DNA from: Candidatus Woesearchaeota archaeon
GTDB lineage: Archaea > Nanobdellota > Nanobdellia > Woesearchaeales > JABGUJ01
DNA length: 38,842 bases
Assembly (NCBI GenBank): GCA_018646625.1
Contig: JABGUJ010000002.1
Span: forward strand, 62,001 to 100,842
Direction: 5' to 3'
How positions within the stretch are numbered: position 1 is the stretch's first letter; the number at the start of each line of letters is the position of its first letter. The translations under genes and the position numbers were made by a program. A model generated the notes under the pieces. It had not been told where the DNA came from. It worked only from the letters and a program-made list of their open reading frames with translations, and made no database searches. Positions 37,525-38,842 of this stretch are shown here, piece after piece.

Positions 37525-38373
37525 CTACAATCGTTTTATTTCAATGCTAACTGCATCAGTGTTTACTCGTATATCCTTAGGACATACAACGAATTCTAAT
37601 TTATTAGTATCACAATAATTAATTATCTTTGTTTTTTCATCTTCAGTTTTGAATCTTACACAAACGTTTATTCCAATTGAATATCTATGCATTATATCCA
37701 TCTCATCTAAATCCTTCTTAACCTTCTCACATCTAGATAGAAACATCTCGCGTCGTTTTTTTAGTCCATCTAATTTAGTAAGTAGAAGTTCGTAATCCAT
37801 GTTTTCTGGAGTAACCATCTTAAAAATATCTGAAGTGTTCTCAATCCAGTCTTTATCATTACACGAAACAAAACCACCGTGACCTAAGTTAATTGGTTTC
37901 CATCTTCCAAAGCTAGAAAGACGAACATCTACATCCGCACTATTACACAGCTCAGTATCGCCTAATGCGGCAGTTATATCTTCAATAACCAAACATTTTG
38001 CAGCTCTACAGATTTTAGATATCTCTTTTACATCTTGCTTTGCGAAATAACCTGCATAAGTACTAAAAATAAATGCGGATCCTGTTTTCACATTCTCTTT
38101 AAGATCATCAAGATCAATAATCCCATCATTAGTCTTAATTTTCTTTACTTGAAAACCCAGTATTGCAGGAAATGTTTCATAAGTAATCCAACCACCTTGA
38201 TCAGGAATTAATATGTACGGTCGAAAATTTACTTTTTTAGCAATATATAATGCCGAAAATATAGCAGAATTGCCTCTATTAGTTAACTTGACATATTTAT
38301 GCGAAGAAAGCTTCCTAAGTTCATTGAGAACTGCCCCTTTCTTAACAGAATCATCTTCTCTTTGATTACTCAT
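37525..38373 (-). CDS. PLP-dependent fold-I protein (DegT/DnrJ/StrS-like)
   Basis: RGNSAI, IPDQGGW.TY, IED..AA.G, SFGRWKP..LG.GG (Schiff-base Lys). Confidence 0.7.
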   Translation of the reverse strand: MSNQREDDSVKKGAVLNELRKLSSHKYVKLTNRGNSAIFSALYIAKKVNFRPYILIPDQGGWITYETFPAILGFQVKKIKTNDGIIDLDDLKENVKTGSAFIFSTYAGYFAKQDVKEISKICRAAKCLVIEDITAALGDTELCNSADVDVRLSSFGRWKPINLGHGGFVSCNDKDWIENTSDIFKMVTPENMDYELLLTKLDGLKKRREMFLSRCEKVKKDLDEMDIMHRYSIGINVCVRFKTEDEKTKIINYCDTNKLEFVVCPKDIRVNTDAVSIEIKRL

Positions 38374-38430
38374 GGTCGTAAATTAAAACTAAAGATATTT
38401 AAATCTTAGTATTGATTAAATACTATAAGA

Positions 38431-38842
38431 ATGGATCAGTATTACGACATAATCTCGGGATCTTATAATGGATTATATAAAGAGGAACAGCTAAATAAAT
38501 TAAGTGTTGTTTTCGAACATATCAAAATAAATCCCTCAGATCTGCTTTTAGATGTAGGTTGTGGAACAGGTTTCTCTTTAGATAAAGTTAGTTGTTTTAA
38601 AGTTGGTGTAGATCCGAGCATAGAACTTCTTAAACAATCTAAACATAATAGAATTTGTGCTAAAGCCGAATCATTACCATTTCCAGATAATACTTTTGAT
38701 ATTGTCATCTCAATAACTGCCATTCAAAACTTCGACGATCTAAATGAAGGATTAAAGGAAATAAAAAGAGTTGGTAAAAGTAGGTTTGTATTGACTGCTT
38801 TAAAGAAGAGTGAAAAGATTGGTTTAATTGATGATCTAATTA
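38431..38842 (+). CDS. Class I SAM-dependent methyltransferase (runs off the window)
   Basis: Hand translation: MDQYYDIISGSYNGLY...LLLDVGCGTG...GVDPS...AESLPFPDNTFD. Not in the ORF track. Confidence 0.9.
   Translation, partial: MDQYYDIISGSYNGLYKEEQLNKLSVVFEHIKINPSDLLLDVGCGTGFSLDKVSCFKVGVDPSIELLKQSKHNRICAKAESLPFPDNTFDIVISITAIQNFDDLNEGLKEIKRVGKSRFVLTALKKSEKIGLIDDLI

Noticed and set aside
366..38723. Numerous short antisense or alternate-frame ORFs in the track (e.g. 9044, 13517, 13937, 15379, 16384, 31621, 36990, 38463)
   Set aside because: They are shadows of well-supported overlapping genes and have no independent motifs.
1..38842. CRISPR array, rRNA, tRNA, IS transposase, alternative genetic code
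   Set aside because: No regularly spaced repeats, RNA-gene consensus or transposase motifs were seen. TAA, TAG and TGA all end conserved genes at the expected lengths.

Overview
This window looks like an AT-rich archaeal chromosome fragment, most likely DPANN/Woesearchaeales-like. That is inferred from the archaeal markers NMD3, TFS, class I CCA enzyme and Sec11 peptidase, and from recurring GAAAnnTTTATAAA-type promoters about 23 nt before ATGs. Layout: (1) 2.4-12.4 kb is an accessory region between two ABC exporters. It holds orphan proteins, a histidine kinase with a HisKA H-box and a CheA-like ATP lid, a 5'-truncated tyrosine recombinase, a strongly structured non-coding element, a kinase-like protein, an AbrB/PhoU regulator, a putative BECR-fold RNase and an FHA + J-like protein. 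A 2.45 kb segment in this region has broken or fused genes at both ends. (2) 14-23 kb has rtcA, a membrane-anchored wHTH regulator facing two paralogous secreted coiled-coil proteins and a lipoprotein, then housekeeping genes. (3) 22.8-31.2 kb is a near-complete folate-dependent dTMP cluster (dCMP deaminase, thyA, folA, glyA, folC, tmk). It also carries a second, atypical enzyme: an MtrA-like (corrinoid-binding) domain fused to an archaeal-type thymidylate synthase domain. This is the top candidate for an undescribed system. (4) 31-38.8 kb has an antiporter, cca, a UDPGP/PAP2/dolichol-kinase-like cluster, a PLP enzyme and a methyltransferase. No tRNA, rRNA or CRISPR array was seen. All family calls come from motif recognition by eye; no searches were run.
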